Assembly (NCBI GenBank): GCA_001724265.1
Contig: MEDY01000034.1
Span: 1 to 64,000 of the forward strand
DNA from: Rhizaria sp. SCN 62-66
Taxonomy: Eukaryota
Length of the DNA: 64,000 bases
Direction of reading: 5' to 3'
The notes under the pieces are model-generated. The model saw nothing but the letters and a program-made list of their open reading frames with translations. It was not told where the DNA came from and made no database searches. Shown one piece after another: positions 42,101 through 56,089 of this stretch (positions within the stretch are counted from its first letter, which is position 1; each line of letters opens with the position of its first letter). The position numbers and the translations under genes were made by a program.

Positions 42101-45100
42101 GTCCGCAGTACGACGCCTACGGTGAGGGCATCCTCATCACGACGCAGAAGGAGCTGCAATTCTACCTGTCGCTGCTCAACGAGCAGCTGCCGGTCGAGTC
42201 GCAGCTCATGTCCAAGCTCGCCGACTTCCTCAACGCCGAGATCGCCGCGGCGACTGTGGAGACGGTGCGCGACGCCGTGACGTGGCTCAACGACACGTAC
42301 CTGTACATCCGTATGCTGCGCCGCCCGGGGCTGTACGGCATCACGGCCGAGATGCTCGAGGAGGACCCCGAGCTGGTGCAGTTCTGCACCGACCTCGTCC
42401 ACTCGGCCGCGCTCGTGCTCGACAATGGCGGGCTGATCAAGTACGACCGCAAGGCGGGCTCGTTCACGCCCACGGAGCTGGGCAAGGTCGCCTCGGCCTA
42501 CTACCTGTCGCACACGTCAATGGCCGTGTACAACGAGAACCTGCGCCCGTCGATGTCGGACATCGAGCTCTTCAGCATCTTCTCCATGTCGAGCGAGTTC
42601 AAGTTCATGGCCGTGCGCGAGGAAGAGAAGCTGGAGCTGGCCCGTCTGCTCGACAAGGTCCCTATCCCGGTCCGCGAGGGCGTCGACGACCACTTGGCCA
42701 AGGTCAACGTGCTGCTGCAGGCCTACCTCTCGCGCCTCTCGCTCGACGGCTTCGCGCTCATGGCCGACATGGTCTACGTCACCCAGTCCGCGGGCCGCAT
42801 CCTCACCGCGCTATTCCAGATCCTGCTGCGCCGCGGCTGGTCGCAGGCGGCGCTGCGCGCGCTGAACCTGTGTAAGGCCGTGCAGCACCGCATGTGGTCC
42901 GCCCAGACGCCCTTGCGGCAGTTTCCCGAGATCTCGCCCGAGCTCATCCGCCGCATCGAGAACAAGGACCTGACGTGGGAGCAGGTCCGCGACCTGGACG
43001 AGGCGACGCTGGGCGAGACGGTGCGCCGCCCACAGCTGGGCAAGCCGCTGTACCGCCACGTGCACCAGGTCCCGCGCCTGCACCTGCAGGGCCACGTGCA
43101 GCCCATCACGCGGTCCACGCTTAAGGTGACGCTGCAGATCACACCCGACTTCATGTGGAACAGCGAGATCCACGGTGCGGCCGAGGCCTTCTGGATCATC
43201 GTCGACGTCGACGACGAGCTGGCGCTGCACTCGGAGCACTTCACGCTGCGGCAGAAGTTCGCCACCAAGGAGCACACGGTGTCGTTCGTCGTGCCCATCC
43301 TCGACCCGCTGCCGCCGCAGTACTTCGTGCGCGCCGTGTCGGACCGCTGGCTGGGCGCTGACGTGGTGCTGCCCATCTCGTTCCGCCACCTGCTGCTGCC
43401 CGACAAGTACCCGCCGCTGACGCAGCTGCTCGACCTGCAGCCGCTGCCCGTGCACGTGGTCGCCAACGAGCAGTTCATCAAGTTCTTCGACTTCGCCACG
43501 TTCAACCCGATCCAGACGCAGGTGTTCAACGCCGTGTACAAGCGCGACGACTCGGTCATCGTCGCCGCGCCGACGGGCTCCGGCAAGACTGTGCTGGCCG
43601 AGCTGGCCATCATGCGCATGCTCAGCCAGGCCACGCTCGCCCGCGACCGCCGCGCGCAGAAGGCCGGCGCCGCCGCGGCCGACGCCGACGAGGATGAAGA
43701 CGAGGACGACGGCGTGTACCGCGCGGTCTACCTCGCGCCCTTCGACGCGCTGGCCAAAGAACGCTTCCTCGACTGGCACGGCAAGTTCGGCAAACTCGCG
43801 GGCGTCGCCGTGCGCATGCTCACTGGAGAGCTGTCGACGGACCTGCGCCTGCTCGAGGAGGCGCAAGTCATCGTCGCCACGCCCGCGCACTGGGACGCGC
43901 TGTCGCGTCGCTGGCGCACGCGGTTGGCCGTGCAGCAGGTGCGCCTGGTCGTCGCCGACGAGTTGCACCTGCTCTCGAGCCGCGCGGGCCCCATGCTCGA
44001 GATCGTGCTCACGCGCATGCGCTACATCGCGACGCAGTTGCAGCGGCCCGTCCGCATTGTCGGGCTGGCCGCCTCGATCGCCAACGCCAAGGACATCGGT
44101 GAGTGGGTCGGCGCGCGCAACGTCTTCGCGTTTCTGCCAACGGCGCGGCCCTCTGCGCTCGACGTCAAGATCGTCGGTTTCGACTACGACTCGTTCGAGG
44201 GCCGCCAGGTTGCCATGACCAAGCCGTGCTTCTCGGCTGTGTTGCGCGAGGCGCCCGACGCGCCCGCGCTCGTCTTCGCGCCCACTCGCAAGCACTGCGG
44301 CGCCGTCGCTGCCGAGCTCGTCACGCTGGGCGCGGCGTACGGCGCCGAGGTCCGCGCGGCGCGCATTTTCCACCGCATGAAGCTGGGCATGGCTGCCGAG
44401 GAGGCGGAGAAGCTGGAGCGCGAGGACCGGCCCGTGTGGCTGCGCGCCGACGCCGAGGACATCGCGCCGCACCTCAAGTTCGTCTCCGAGGCGCTGGCGG
44501 AGCTGCTGGCGCACGGTGTGGGCGTGTTCCACAGCGGCATGAGCGACCGCGAGCGCGAGGTCGTGCGCCGCCTCTTCGCACTGGGCGCGCTGCATATCGT
44601 CGTCGCCGAGTCGGCGCTGTGCTGGAGTGTCGGCAACAGTATGAACGCCAAGCTCGTCGTGCTCATGGACACGCAGCAGTACGACAACACGGAGCAGCGC
44701 TACGTGGACCTGCCCGTGACGGACCTGCTGCAGATGATCGGCCGCGCCAACCCCAGCTCGCTGCGCGCGCCGGGCAGCACGGCGACGGCGGCGGACGTGG
44801 GCAAGTGCTACGTGCTGTGCCACACGCCGCGCCAGGCGTTCCTGCGCAAGTTCATCTACGAGCCCTTCCCGATCGAGTCGCATCTGGACCACGCGCTGCA
44901 CAACTGCTTCAACTCCGAGGTCGTGGCCAAGCGCATCGGGTCGATCCAGGACGCCATCGACTACCTCACCTGGTCCTTCTACTACCGCCGCCTGGTCAAG
45001 AACCCTAACTACTACAACCTGCAGGGCACGGGCAACGAGTTCGTGTCGGACCACCTGTCCGAGCTGGTCGAGCAGACGCTGGACGACCTGGCGCAGGCGC

Positions 45101-46131
45101 AATGCGTCAAGGTGGACGAGGACGGCGACGTGGCACCGCTGAACCTGGGCCACATTGCGGACCACTACAGCCTCGACTACACGACGGTGGAGCTCTTCAG
45201 CAAGACGCTCTCGGGCTCGGTCAAGCTGCGCGACCTGCTCGAGACCATCTCGGCCGCCACCGAGTTCGCCGACGTGACGGTGCGGCACCGCGAGGACCTG
45301 GCGCTGGCGCGGCTGGCCAATCACCTGCCGCTCGCCATCTCGGGCGCCGACTACGCCGACGCGGCGACCAAGGTCAACGTGCTGCTGCAGGCGCACTTCT
45401 CGCGCATTCCGCTCACGGCCGCCGTCGCGGCGGACCAAACCGAGCTGCTGCCCACGGCGATGCGCCTGCTCTACGCCGCCGTCGACGTGGCCTCTTCGGC
45501 GCGGCTGCTCGCGCCCGTGATCAGCGCGATCGAGCTGACGCAGATGGTGACGATGGGCATGTGGCCCGCGGAGCCGCAGCTGCTGCAGGTGCCGCACTTC
45601 GACCTGGACACGGTGCGCCGCCTCGCGCAGCGCAAGGTCAACACCGTGGCGGACTTGCTCGAGATGGAGGACGAAGACCGCGACGCGGCGCTGCAGCTGC
45701 CCGCGGGCAAGATGAGCGATGTGGCGCGCTTCTGCAACGCCTTCCCCGACATCGCCGTCAAGTTTTCCGTGCTGACGCCCGAGGACGACATCGTCGTCAA
45801 CGGGCGCGTATCGCTGGGCGTGGTGCTGGAGCGCGACCCCGAGGGCGACGAGGAGGACTTCGAGGAGGGCGTCACCACGGTCGTGGCCCCGCGCTACCCC
45901 AAGGTCAAGCACGAGTCCTGGTGGCTCGCACTCGGCTCCGTCGAGCGCAACGAGCTCTGGGGCATCAAGAAGGTCTCGCTCAAGAACAAGGTCACCAAGA
46001 TGAAGTTCGACTTTGTCGCCCCGCAGGCCGGAATGCACGAGCTCAAGCTGTTTTTGCTCTCGGACTCGTGGGTCGGCGCGGACCAGGAGTACGCTGTCGC
46101 GCTCAAGGTCGCTGGGGACATGACGGACTGA
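39143..46131 (+). CDS. SNRNP200: U5 snRNP 200 kDa helicase Brr2; exons 39143-39184, 39282-39392, 39502-46131
   Basis: Two Ski2-like cassettes (APTGAGKT/DEVH and APTGSGKT/DELH), each followed by a Sec63 unit. Spliced N-terminus FAYAETANRVLRAER...FGDK...YTPRSKETRDVYELLL matches Brr2. TGA stop. Confidence 0.97.
39185..39281 (+). other. Brr2 intron 1 (97 nt)
   Basis: GTACGT donor, polypyrimidine tract and CCAG acceptor; phase 0, frame kept. Confidence 0.9.
39393..39501 (+). other. Brr2 intron 2 (109 nt)
   Basis: GTCCGT...CTGTAG; phase 0; joins FGDK|IQTSR in frame with the long ORF. Confidence 0.85.
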
Positions 46132-46620
46132 GTCGGATGCTGATTTTGATGTCGAGAGATACTATAACGAATGTACAACACCCTCTATTGGAAGAGTGCT
46201 GTATGATCATAAAATCATAAGGTCTGGTTAAGTATATGTGCAAATTGGTGGCTGAAAACATGGCCACAAGCACTCCGTGGCGGTTACGCCGCAAGTCTAT
46301 TTGTGACAGTATATGATATTAATAAAGTTATATTGTAATTATAACAACGTATTCTGATGAATCTGGAAATATACTTTTTAAGACATCGGTATATTCTTCA
46401 AAGAAATGTTGTTGTGTTAACTATAATGCTGTGATTATGAGATTTCATGGCCGAAATGACTGTGCGCACCGAGTCGCCTGATGACTCAACATCAAATCCC
46501 GAAATCGCCGATGATCAGATATCTTTGCATATTGCGTGCAACGATCTGACATTGAAATTTGGGACTGCCCAGTGAATCGATTGTTCTTTGCATTTATTTA
46601 CGCCCCGCATATCAATTAAG

Positions 46621-49600
46621 ATGACTGGTAAAGTTAACCCGCAGATCCTAGGCTAGATCGTGTGCCTTATTGCCTCACGCTTTCATTATCTTCGTCCCAC
46701 ATCCCCAATCTTGCTTCTGTCGCTTCTGTAGAAACGTCAATGAACTGGCTGGGCAAGCTCGCCGGTACTGACGCCGGCAGTCGCCTCGACAAGGCGGTTG
46801 CCCTTCTTAAAGACCGGTGGATTCAGGACGCGGCAACGTCAACCGCGTCCTGCAAAGACATCCTCCGCGATCTCAAGCAGCTCTGTCAGAACAGTCCAGG
46901 CATCGACATCGGCAACGAGTGGTACATGATCCTCCACACGATTCACTGCGGCTCCGTTGGTGCCACAGAGCCCCTCACACAGAAAGAGCTCATGGAGGCT
47001 GCGCGTACGGACCCCGAGCTTGCCAAGCTCTCGCTCGAGATCCTGCTCTCGCTCCTCGACCCCGCACACAAGCGCCTCCAGGCCTCGCGCGCCCCCGCGT
47101 CCTCCGCGGCGCCCGGCCTTATCGAGATGCACGGCGGCGCTGCGGTCACCGCCGGCGACGGCGCGGCGCCGGTCATTGACTCGTCGACGTCGGCCCTGCT
47201 ACGCTTCTGGCTCGACAAGCCGGACCACACCGCGCAGGTGATCCGCCTGCTCAACAAGAAGGAGACATCGCTGCGGTACAGCACGGTGCGCTTCTTGTGC
47301 CTGCTCATCGCGCTTAAGCCGGACCGCACGCAGGCCGTGGTGACCAACGTGCCCGAGGGCGTGACTCACGTGGTGGACCTGCTGGCCGAGCGCAGTGAGC
47401 TGGTGCGCAACGAGGCGCTCGTGTTCCTTATGGCGCTCGTCAGCGACAACACGACTAGCCAGCGCAGCGTGGCCTACTACCACGGCTTTGACCGCCTGCT
47501 TGACATCATCGAAGCGGAGGACAAGATGGGCGTGATCGCCGAAGACTGCATGCGCATCATGATTACACTGCTCGACGGCAACATCACGAACCAGAACATT
47601 TTTTTCGAGTTCAGCATCCTCCCGCGCATCCTGCCCTTGTTCGACGTCGGGCTTACCGCCACGGGCACTCTCCCGTCGATCGAGGTCACGACGCTGGCGT
47701 TCGAGCTCTTGGCTGTGCTCACGCAGTACATCTCCACGGCCACGGGTCGCCCCAAGGCCGTGGTGCAGTCGCGCCTCGGTGCCAGCATCCCCGTGCTCTG
47801 TGGCGCTGCCTTCTCCGCTGCGGTCCCGCTCGCGCTGCGCCTTAGCGCTACGATGCTGCTGGCGCAGGTCGTGCGCGCGCACCCCGAGAACCAGCGTCGC
47901 TTCGTCAACACGCAGGTGGCCATTTGCCCCACTGCGACGGCCTTCTCCCGTGAAGCCTTCTTGCCACAGCAGCTGCTGCACAAGGACATGGAGTCGCTCT
48001 GGCAGACGCTCTACGCGCCGCCGCTTGCGCCCGCGCCGCTGCAGCGCACGGTGCCTGCGCTGGTGTACGCCTGCGCACTCGCGCTCGACACGGGCAGCGT
48101 GGTCGAATCCACGGCGGCGCAGGCGCTCTTCGGCGCCGCGCTCGAGGACAACGGCGCGCTTCAGTGGGCCGTTGCCAACTCGTTCAACCCGGCCGTCAAG
48201 AGCAAGCCGCTGCCCGCGGAGCTGTCGACGCCGGTGATGGCCGCGAACGGCGCGTACGAGGTCCCCGCACCCGCTTACTTCTACCTCATTGCGCACATGG
48301 TCACCGAGGCCATGAACGGCCGCGGCGGACCGACCTCGCCTGTGCCTGCGATCACCGCCGCGGCAGCCAGCAGTGGCGGCAAGCAGCAACAGCAGCAGCT
48401 TCAGCAACAACAGCAGCAAGTTCCGTTCTCGCAGAAGGACTCGTTCCTGATCGCGTGCCGCCGTCTCGCGCGCAGTGTGCACATGCTCTCATACATTATC
48501 CGCGACAACATTGCAGTTAAGGAGCTCCTGATGGCGCTACCCGCGACCCTGGCCCCCGGTGCTGCGCCCGGCAGTGAGACGCGCACGTTCGGGCTCGCCA
48601 CGCTGGACCTGTATACGGGCCACACCGCGTTCCTGAGCAACGCCGACGGCGCGCAATACCTCGACAGCATCACCACGTTTGAGTTTGACGCCTGCTCATA
48701 CGTCGTGCAGGACGCGGTGCGCCACGTCACACTCACGGGCCAGCTCCCCGCGCGCGCGCCCTCGCGCTTCGCCGCTCTCTTCCGCTCGCGCCGCAACGAA
48801 AAGTACCCGCGCGTTGCGCAGCGATCCGTCGAGCTCGTCGCCCCCTTCGGCGCCAACCTGAGCCCCACGACCGCGGCCGCGGTGATGCAGTACTCGGTCA
48901 GCGAGGCGCTCAAGTACGCGCCCTGGACCTCGGCGGATCAGAGCAGCTCCGACGGCTACACGACGCGGTACCTCTCGGCGGGCCACTACGCCGCGCAGGA
49001 GGCAGGCACCGCGATGGCGCTGCTGTTCCTCGAGTGGGGCCGCGGCGTTACGCCGCTGATTGACCGCGCGCTGAGCAACGACAGTCTCATCGGTGCGCTC
49101 GCCGCCGCTGTGCAGGCGCCTGTGTTCGACCAGCCTCTGTCCTTCACCGGCAACACTGCTGCTAACGCGAGCAGCATGGCTTTGGCGGGTGGTAACGCCG
49201 GCTTTTCTCCCTCGGTCCCGCAGTCCCCATCGGCCGGCGCGGCGCAGTCGCCGTCGCTCCCGCCGGTGCTGGCGTCCTACCGCGGTGCCAGCGCTGCGTT
49301 TCTCGCCTCGTGCCTCGAAACCTACATCGAGCGCTCTCCTGCGTTTAACTCTGCGGGCCCAACCAAGGCGTCGTCGATGCCTGCGTTCTCCCGTATGTAT
49401 TTCGGATCCCGGTCTTCCATCGCGATCATCGCGCCTAACACAGTTCCCGCGCTCGCCCGCCTGCCGTGCTACCGTAACGGTGCTGCGAACTCTGCCAGCA
49501 CGTTCACCGTCTCGCCCGTTGCGTTGTTTCACATTGTCACAAAGCGCATCGGACTCGACAACATTCGTGCGGCGCTCGTTGACGCTGGTGCTCGCAATCC

Positions 49601-52550
49601 TTTCGCGACGGCTGCGGTCGACCTCTTGCAGGCGCTTGTTGTCCCGCCGCAGCAGCAAACCGGTTCGAACAGCGTCAGGAAGACAGGCGCCGATGCCGCC
49701 GGCCGCGCTGTGGCCGGCCTCGCTGCCAGCATGCTTACCTCCGACGACCTCACCACGCCTGCTCTCGCGCTCACCTCTCGCGGTGGCATCTTCTCCGCCT
49801 CGTTCATCCCCATCGAGAAGGCGAAGTCGCACTGGCTCGAGTGGGGCCAGTCGCGCCTTGGTGCCTACGCCGTCGCCGGTGCGCTCTCGCCCACTGCCGC
49901 GGCGGCCACTGCCCACGCGTCGCTGCCTGCCCCGGCCCCCACCTCCAAGGCGCTTGAGCTGGGCGACTTTGACACGTTCAACCACCTTCTCGTGACTGCA
50001 CTGAGTGGAGAGCTTGATCGCCGCATTCTCGCATTGTACATGACTGTCGCCGATGCTGCGCTCACTGGCCCCGTTGCTGCGCCCGCGCCTCTTGCGGGTC
50101 CCTCTGCGGAGACTGCGTTTGCGAGCGCAAGCGCTAGCCCGAACGCCGACACCGCTAAGCTGCAGGCGCGCGTCGCGGAGCTCGAGCGCGCTCTCGTCAC
50201 CGCGTCCGCTGCTGCGCACGCGGGCGCCGCTGCTGGCGCCACGGCGGCGCCCGTCGTCCTGACGGCGTCCGCGGCGTCCCGCGAGCGCGAGCGCCGCGTG
50301 ATGGAGCTAGAGCAGGAGCTGATGGTGTTGTCCGACGCGCTCGCCGCGGAAGTTAGCGGCAACATGACCAAGGTGCTGCAGTCGCAGGTCGACGTGCTGC
50401 TGCGTGACAAGCGCGCGCTCCAGGTCGAGGTCGCGGCCAAAGAGCTTGAGCTCGACGGCTACAAGGCGCGGGTGGCCGAGCTCGAGGCCCAGGTCGACGA
50501 CCTCCACGCCGACCTCGACGAGAGCGCCGCCGCCGGCTCTGGCGCCGGTGTCTCTGCGTCCGCGCGGGCTGCTTACAAGGAACTGCTGTATAAGTTCAAC
50601 GAGCTTCAGAACGAGCACGATGACTTGCTCGTGCTGCTCGCCACGCAGGCCCAGGCGCAGCCCGGGACTGTCGGCTCTAGCGGTGCCGTCGCGCACAAGT
50701 TGATGTCTCCCGCCGATGCCACTGTCGCCGCGCTGGCCGCCGAAGCTGCGGACTACGCCTACACCAACAGCGCCGGTACCGCTCGTGGCGATGATGAGAA
50801 CGAGCGCAAGGTTGACGCCGGGTTGCAGCGCCCTCCCACGCGCACTGGATCCGCCCTCGCTGTCGCCAACGCGAGCACGCTTATGCCGCCGCCCGCGCCG
50901 TCGCAGCCCCGCAGTGTCACTCCTGGCGTTGCCCCTGCCGTCGCAACTGCAGGCACGCTCCCCTTTTCACGGTCGCCCTTTGTTCCCGCAGTGAACAACA
51001 GCACGTCCGCCACGCCCGCTGTGAATGCGACACCGTCGCCCGCGCCCGCGCCTGTGAGGGCCGCGACGCCCGTCGTGGATGTCACCAGCAGCAGCAGCAA
51101 TGCGGCCGCGCAACCCGTCAGCACCGCCGACGTTGTCGCGGCGTATGGCCTCGCCGCTCGCAACGACGCCGTTCCCGCGCGCAGTGCGTCTGCAATGTCT
51201 GCTGCTTCCACTCGGAGCAATGCAGTCCAGAACAACATTGTGCCGCCGATTGCGACCAACGACGCGCCGTTCGAGATGCCGGCGATGGCTGGGCTTGTGT
51301 CGCCGACGACGGAGGCCGAGATCAGGGCGATGTACGCCGCGGCTGTTGACGCAAACAACAACGTTGATGACAACAACAGCAACGTGGTTGCAGTGAAGCA
51401 GGAGGTTGAGCATGAGAGTTCGAGTAGTGTTCACGGCTACTTTGCGTCCCAAGGTGCCGCTATTGATGCCGCATTTAGCAACGATGACAACGACGAGGAC
51501 TCCGACTGGAACAAGGTGCCTGTCGCTCATGCAGCTGAAGCTGAGGCTAACGGTGTCGACGCACTTTTCAACGTCCCTGCTGAAAACGACAACGAGCAGC
51601 AACAGTACGACGCATATGCTCAGGCACAAGCACAGGCTCAAGCTCAGGCTGAGGCGGACGCCGCTGCCTACGCCCAAGCACAGGCACAAGCTCAGGCTCA
51701 AGCTCAAGCGGAGGCTGAGGCTGAGGCCCACGCGTACGCTCAGTCGCAAGCTCAGACTCAGGCAGAGGCTGAAGCGCAGGCGCAAGAGCAGTTTGCTCAG
51801 GAGCATGCTCGTCTTGCCTTTGAGCAGCAACAACAACAGCAGCTCGCTCAGGAGCAGTACGCGCAGGAGCAGTTCGCGTACGAACAGCGCATGTACGAGC
51901 AACAGCAACAGCAACAGCAGGCCGAGGCCGAGGCTCTGGTTGCTGCTCAAGCTCAGGCCGCTGCGCAGACTGCTGAGGCGCAGGCGCAGGCGCAGGCTCA
52001 GGCTCAAGCTCAGGCGCAAAGTCAGTTCGTCGATGTTGACCTCGCTGCCGCCCAAGGCGCGCCTGCCGAGGCAGGACAGCCTAACGTTGCCGCCGCTTCT
52101 GGTGCACCTCTGTATGCCGACACTCTCGAGCAGTCGCGCTCTAGCTTGCTGGCCAACGTGTTCTCGCCCAACGACGCCGATGGCGGCCACGGAATCGACT
52201 TCGACATGCCTGTCGCGCCCGAGCACCAGTACGGCTACCCCAGCGCCAATGCGACTGCTAACCCTGCTGCGGCGGACGCTGTTTCTGACCCCACAAAGGC
52301 GTACTCTGCCGGTGCGTATGGCGTCGAGTCTATTTTGAGCGCTGGGTTTGGCGCTGACGATGATGTGAATGCCAACCACGCAGCGATGGCGGCGGGCACG
52401 GTGGCGCTCGGCAGTGACTACATTGACAACTTGTTCAGTGCTGGTGGCGCCATGGGCGGGGACGTGTTTGGCGCGCCGTACAACGCCGCGGCACCGGTGA
52501 CTGTGCAGGAGGACGGCAATGACGACCTTGGCTTTGCTATTCCTCAGTGA
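46621..52550 (+). CDS. USO1: Golgi tether Uso1/p115 with long C-terminal extension; possible 7-nt first coding exon 46621-46627 and intron 46628-46731, otherwise start at 46740
   Basis: Armadillo head [26 protein letters not shown]...[14 protein letters not shown]...VIAEDC...[14 protein letters not shown]; coiled coil ending [24 protein letters not shown]...TGTAG|AAACG gives in-frame MTETSMNW. TGA stop. Confidence 0.9.
51595..52025 (+). repeat. Coding Gln-Ala / poly-Gln repeat tract in the Uso1 tail
   Basis: Iterated CARGCN hexamers and CAR runs ([15 protein letters not shown]). Confidence 0.85.
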
Positions 52551-53225
52551 ACAGCAACTTCGTGCACCACTTTAAGCCTGGTACTGTTCCTGTATATGAA
52601 CAGCACCAAGATTAGGAGTGGAAGTTTCAATAGTTAATTTCAACGCAATATTTTAAATGACATTTTTCCCTTGATTAAATTCTATTCAGAAGCCTCTGAT
52701 GTGTGCCTAGTCTCCATTTGCAATAAAGACAAATCTGCAACAGATATCACACATACGAACGAAAGTTTCCAGAACGATGCTTTTGAAAATTCCGTCTCAG
52801 TCGTCGTTTATCGATCGACATCTTTATCTCCATTTGTATAAATCCCCCGCGGCTGAATACAATCAACGGCTTAACGTTGCCGGTGTCATTGTTACGAATT
52901 TTCAAGCATATCGTTTGGACCTTTGTAACTGAGAAAATGTGTTTATTATGACAAAGAGGCATTGATGGGGTGATGCGCTTCGAAACTTCAAGCGATACAC
53001 AATCTGACCATACTACTGACACTCCTCTGCAGACAAAAAACAAAACAGAAAATCTAATGTAAAGTATTAGCACTCACGTTCAATATCAATGTGTTGAAAG
53101 GGACGCGCAAGAAGCTCTTCCGTAGCAGAAGAAGCTTCAATGGCCCAGCTTGACGCTGATCCATGCGTCATTGCATGTCAGAGTTGGCAAGAGGACTATG
53201 CCATGTTAAGCATCACCTTGCCATT

Positions 53226-56089
53226 TCACACGCCATCGCCCACCGTCGCAGCGTTGCTGTTATACATCACACCCGCGCGCCCGCTGCGACCCGCCGCAGC
53301 CTCCGCCGCCGCGGCCGAGGCGTCGACCTCGTTCATCAGCTGCTCTAGCAGCTCCGACGCCGAGGCGACCCCTGCGGCGCGCGTGCCGGTGGTGCCGTGC
53401 GCGCGCGGCATCGTGGCCGCGATCGCGTCGAGCGGGTTCACGGGGTGCGGGCACATCGCCGTTGCGGCCGAGGGCGCACAGGCGGGGCCCACCGTCGCGG
53501 CGGCGCCGTGGCCGGACAACCCGGAGCTGTAGAAGCCGCCGCCGTTCGACAGGTTGTTGCCGTTGGCGACTGAAGGGGCGGTGTTCTCGCTCGACACGGG
53601 GCCGCGCCAGTGCGCGTTCGTGGGCGGCGTGGACATCGAGGACGACAGCAGCGCGTTGAGCTCGTGCTTGATGCTGTGGAGCTCGGCCGCGTCGCGCCGC
53701 ACGCCGACCTCCTGGTGGCGGGCGAGGTACTGGAGGCGGAGACGCTGCACGTCGGCACGCTCAAGCTGTGAGGAAATATCATTGAATAAAAAGAAAATAG
53801 ATATAGTGTGAGATTGCTCATAAATAATACACAAGGAATATTAACCAACAATCACTAAAATGGTCGGGAAAAAAGCGTACCTGAATGCGCTCCTCCTGCT
53901 CCTGCTCGCGCTGCTTGCGCAGCCGCGCGACCTCCTGCAGCGCGCGCAACAGCTGAGCTTTCGTCTCTTTGAGCTTCTCCTGGTTCTCGGTGAGCATGCG
54001 GGCAGCATCAGTGCTCTTGATCTCCTCCTCGGCCAGCGTCGCCTTGAGCTGGCCAACCTAAAATAAATGTACAATAAAGTTCAAAAGAAAAGAATGAAGT
54101 GCAATCAAGTGATAAGACTTTGTCCAGACAATTGAAACGGAATTATAACGGTTAAAAATACGCTCAAACAAAAGACAGTGTTAAATAAGTTTTGAATAAA
54201 CGTACGGTTGACTTGTGCCAGCGCGACTTGGCAATGCGGAACTCCTCGTCGAGCTCGGTGAACCGTGCCTGCGTGGCCGCGAGCTTGGCCTTGACGATCT
54301 CGTACTGGCGGCGGAGCTCGTCGTGCACCATGCGCGCCATGCCGATCTGGTGCTTGTGCTGGTCCTTAAGTCGCGTGATGGTCAGCAGCGCGTCGCGCTT
54401 CGCCGACTCGATTTCGGTCGTGATGTTGGCGTCGCGGCGCGCGAGCTCCTCCTCGCCCAGCCGCAGCCGTTTCTCCTGCTTCTCCACGTCGAACAGTGCC
54501 TCCTTGAGCTTCTTCTCTAGTTTCGCTACGTCCTTCTGCCTGCGCGCAAACGTCTGTTCGCGCGTGATCTCCTGCGCGCGCCATTCGGCCTCCAGCTCCT
54601 GCATGCGCACGGCCTCGCGCTCCTGCAGCTGCGCCAGCCAGCGCGCCTGCTCCGCGCGCTTCCACATCGCCAGCTCCCACGCCGCCTGGTACTCGAGCCC
54701 GCTCTGCACGGGGCCCGCGTCCTGCGCCGCGCCGCCGCGATCCAGCCCGCTCTCGGCGCTGCCTTCAGCCGGGTCCGCGCCGCCCGTCGCGGCGGCCACG
54801 GCGGCCGCGGCGGCCGCTGCGGCGGCTTCGGCGGCCCGACCGGGCGACAGGGACGCGGACGGGGACTGCATGTGGCCCGCGTAGCCGCCAAACTGGCCCG
54901 GACCGCTACTGCCGGTGGCTCCGGACGCGGCGGCGGCCGCGGCGGCAGCTGCGGCGGCGTTGGCAGCATGGACCGACGCGGGGTTGTTGGGGTCGAGGTG
55001 CGGGTAGAGCATGCGCTGCTGGGCGGCGAACTGCTCCTGCTGCGCGACCGTGAGCCCCGATGCGGTCATTGACACGCCGTTGGAGTAGAACGAGCCGTCC
55101 TGTGCGGCGCTCAGCCCACCCGCGGCGGCGATCGAGGCCGCGGTGGCGGGGCCGAAGCACTCGAGTGAGATTGTCAGGCGCAGCGCGGCGAGCGGCGACA
55201 CCGCCGGGGGCTCCGCGCCCGCGGCCGCGGCAAGCTGCACGCTCTGCGCCGCCGTCTCGGTGATCAGGCGCGTAATGGCGCCGTCGCCGCACTTGGCGGC
55301 CGCGCGCTGCAGCTCCGGGTTCGCCGCCGGGAGGACGGGGCAGATGGCGTCCGACACGCGCACCGGGACGGCGGCGCCCGCGCGGTCGGTCACAAACCAC
55401 GGCGCGTGGAGCAGCGACGAGAAGTTTATAATTGCGGCGCCGATAAAGCTACAACATGTGGAGAAACAACAAATAGGATGCAGTTTAAGACGCGGGAGTT
55501 AAAGAACAAGAAAAAGAGTTCTTGGTGAAGCAAAGTAGTTGCAACTGTCCGTTCAAAGTTGTAGAGGGCGGTAACGTACGTGTCATCGGAGCGGACCTGC
55601 GGCGCGTTGCCGTCAGCATTGTTGCGGATATCAGCAATACGGCGAAGACGCGAGGTGGGGTCACGGCCGGCGACGCTGGGGGCATCCCAGATTTGGATCA
55701 GCAAGGGGGTGCTGGCGAGGTTGCTCGCCAGAGCGGCCTCTGTCGTGGTGAATTCGCAGGCAAAAAAGCCGTTCATAACATCTGCATCGCCGGCATTGCT
55801 CACCTGTAAGTAGGTATAAAAGATGGTAGTGAGGCAGTGAGATACAGTGAGACTTGACGAAAGTAGAGGGCTTGAATATGAAACGAGGAGGCAGTGATCG
55901 CGCAGAGACGGGCGAGACGAAGGAACGTACGGGAACGGGAGGCCCCGAGATACTCTGCTTCTGAGAGTCAAAAAGTGGGTATGAAAAGCGACAGTAGACG
56001 TTATATGGCTCGCAGAAGCCATTGAGTCGACGCAAGTCGACAGTCACCCGAAAGTGACTCTCGACGTTGGGGTCAATGTCCACCGACAT
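53226..56089 (-). CDS. CEP120: CEP120-like centriolar protein (one C2 domain plus coiled coil); exons 56089-55931, 55803-55580, 55448-54206, 54057-53881, 53765-53226
   Basis: HFRVTVDLR...YCRFSYPLF...GPPVPV...FFACEF...PLLIQIW...FIGAAIINFSSLL fits CEP120 C2C. LEYQAAWELAMWK...MQELEAEW, RALQEVARLRKQREQE and RLRLQYLA...EL..IKHELN match the coiled coil. Four frame-preserving introns (donors GTACGT x3, GTACGC). TGA stop. Confidence 0.85.

Noticed and set aside
39784-46038. Long antisense ORFs (909 and 1075 aa) opposite Brr2, and similar ones opposite ODC, SPL and BEACH
   Set aside because: Shadow ORFs caused by strong GC3 codon bias on the coding strand; no recognisable motifs.
52551-53225. Short ORFs in AT-rich spacers (e.g. 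52747..53073, 5742..6005, 7854..8078)
   Set aside because: They lack the coding codon bias and lie in UTR or intergenic DNA.
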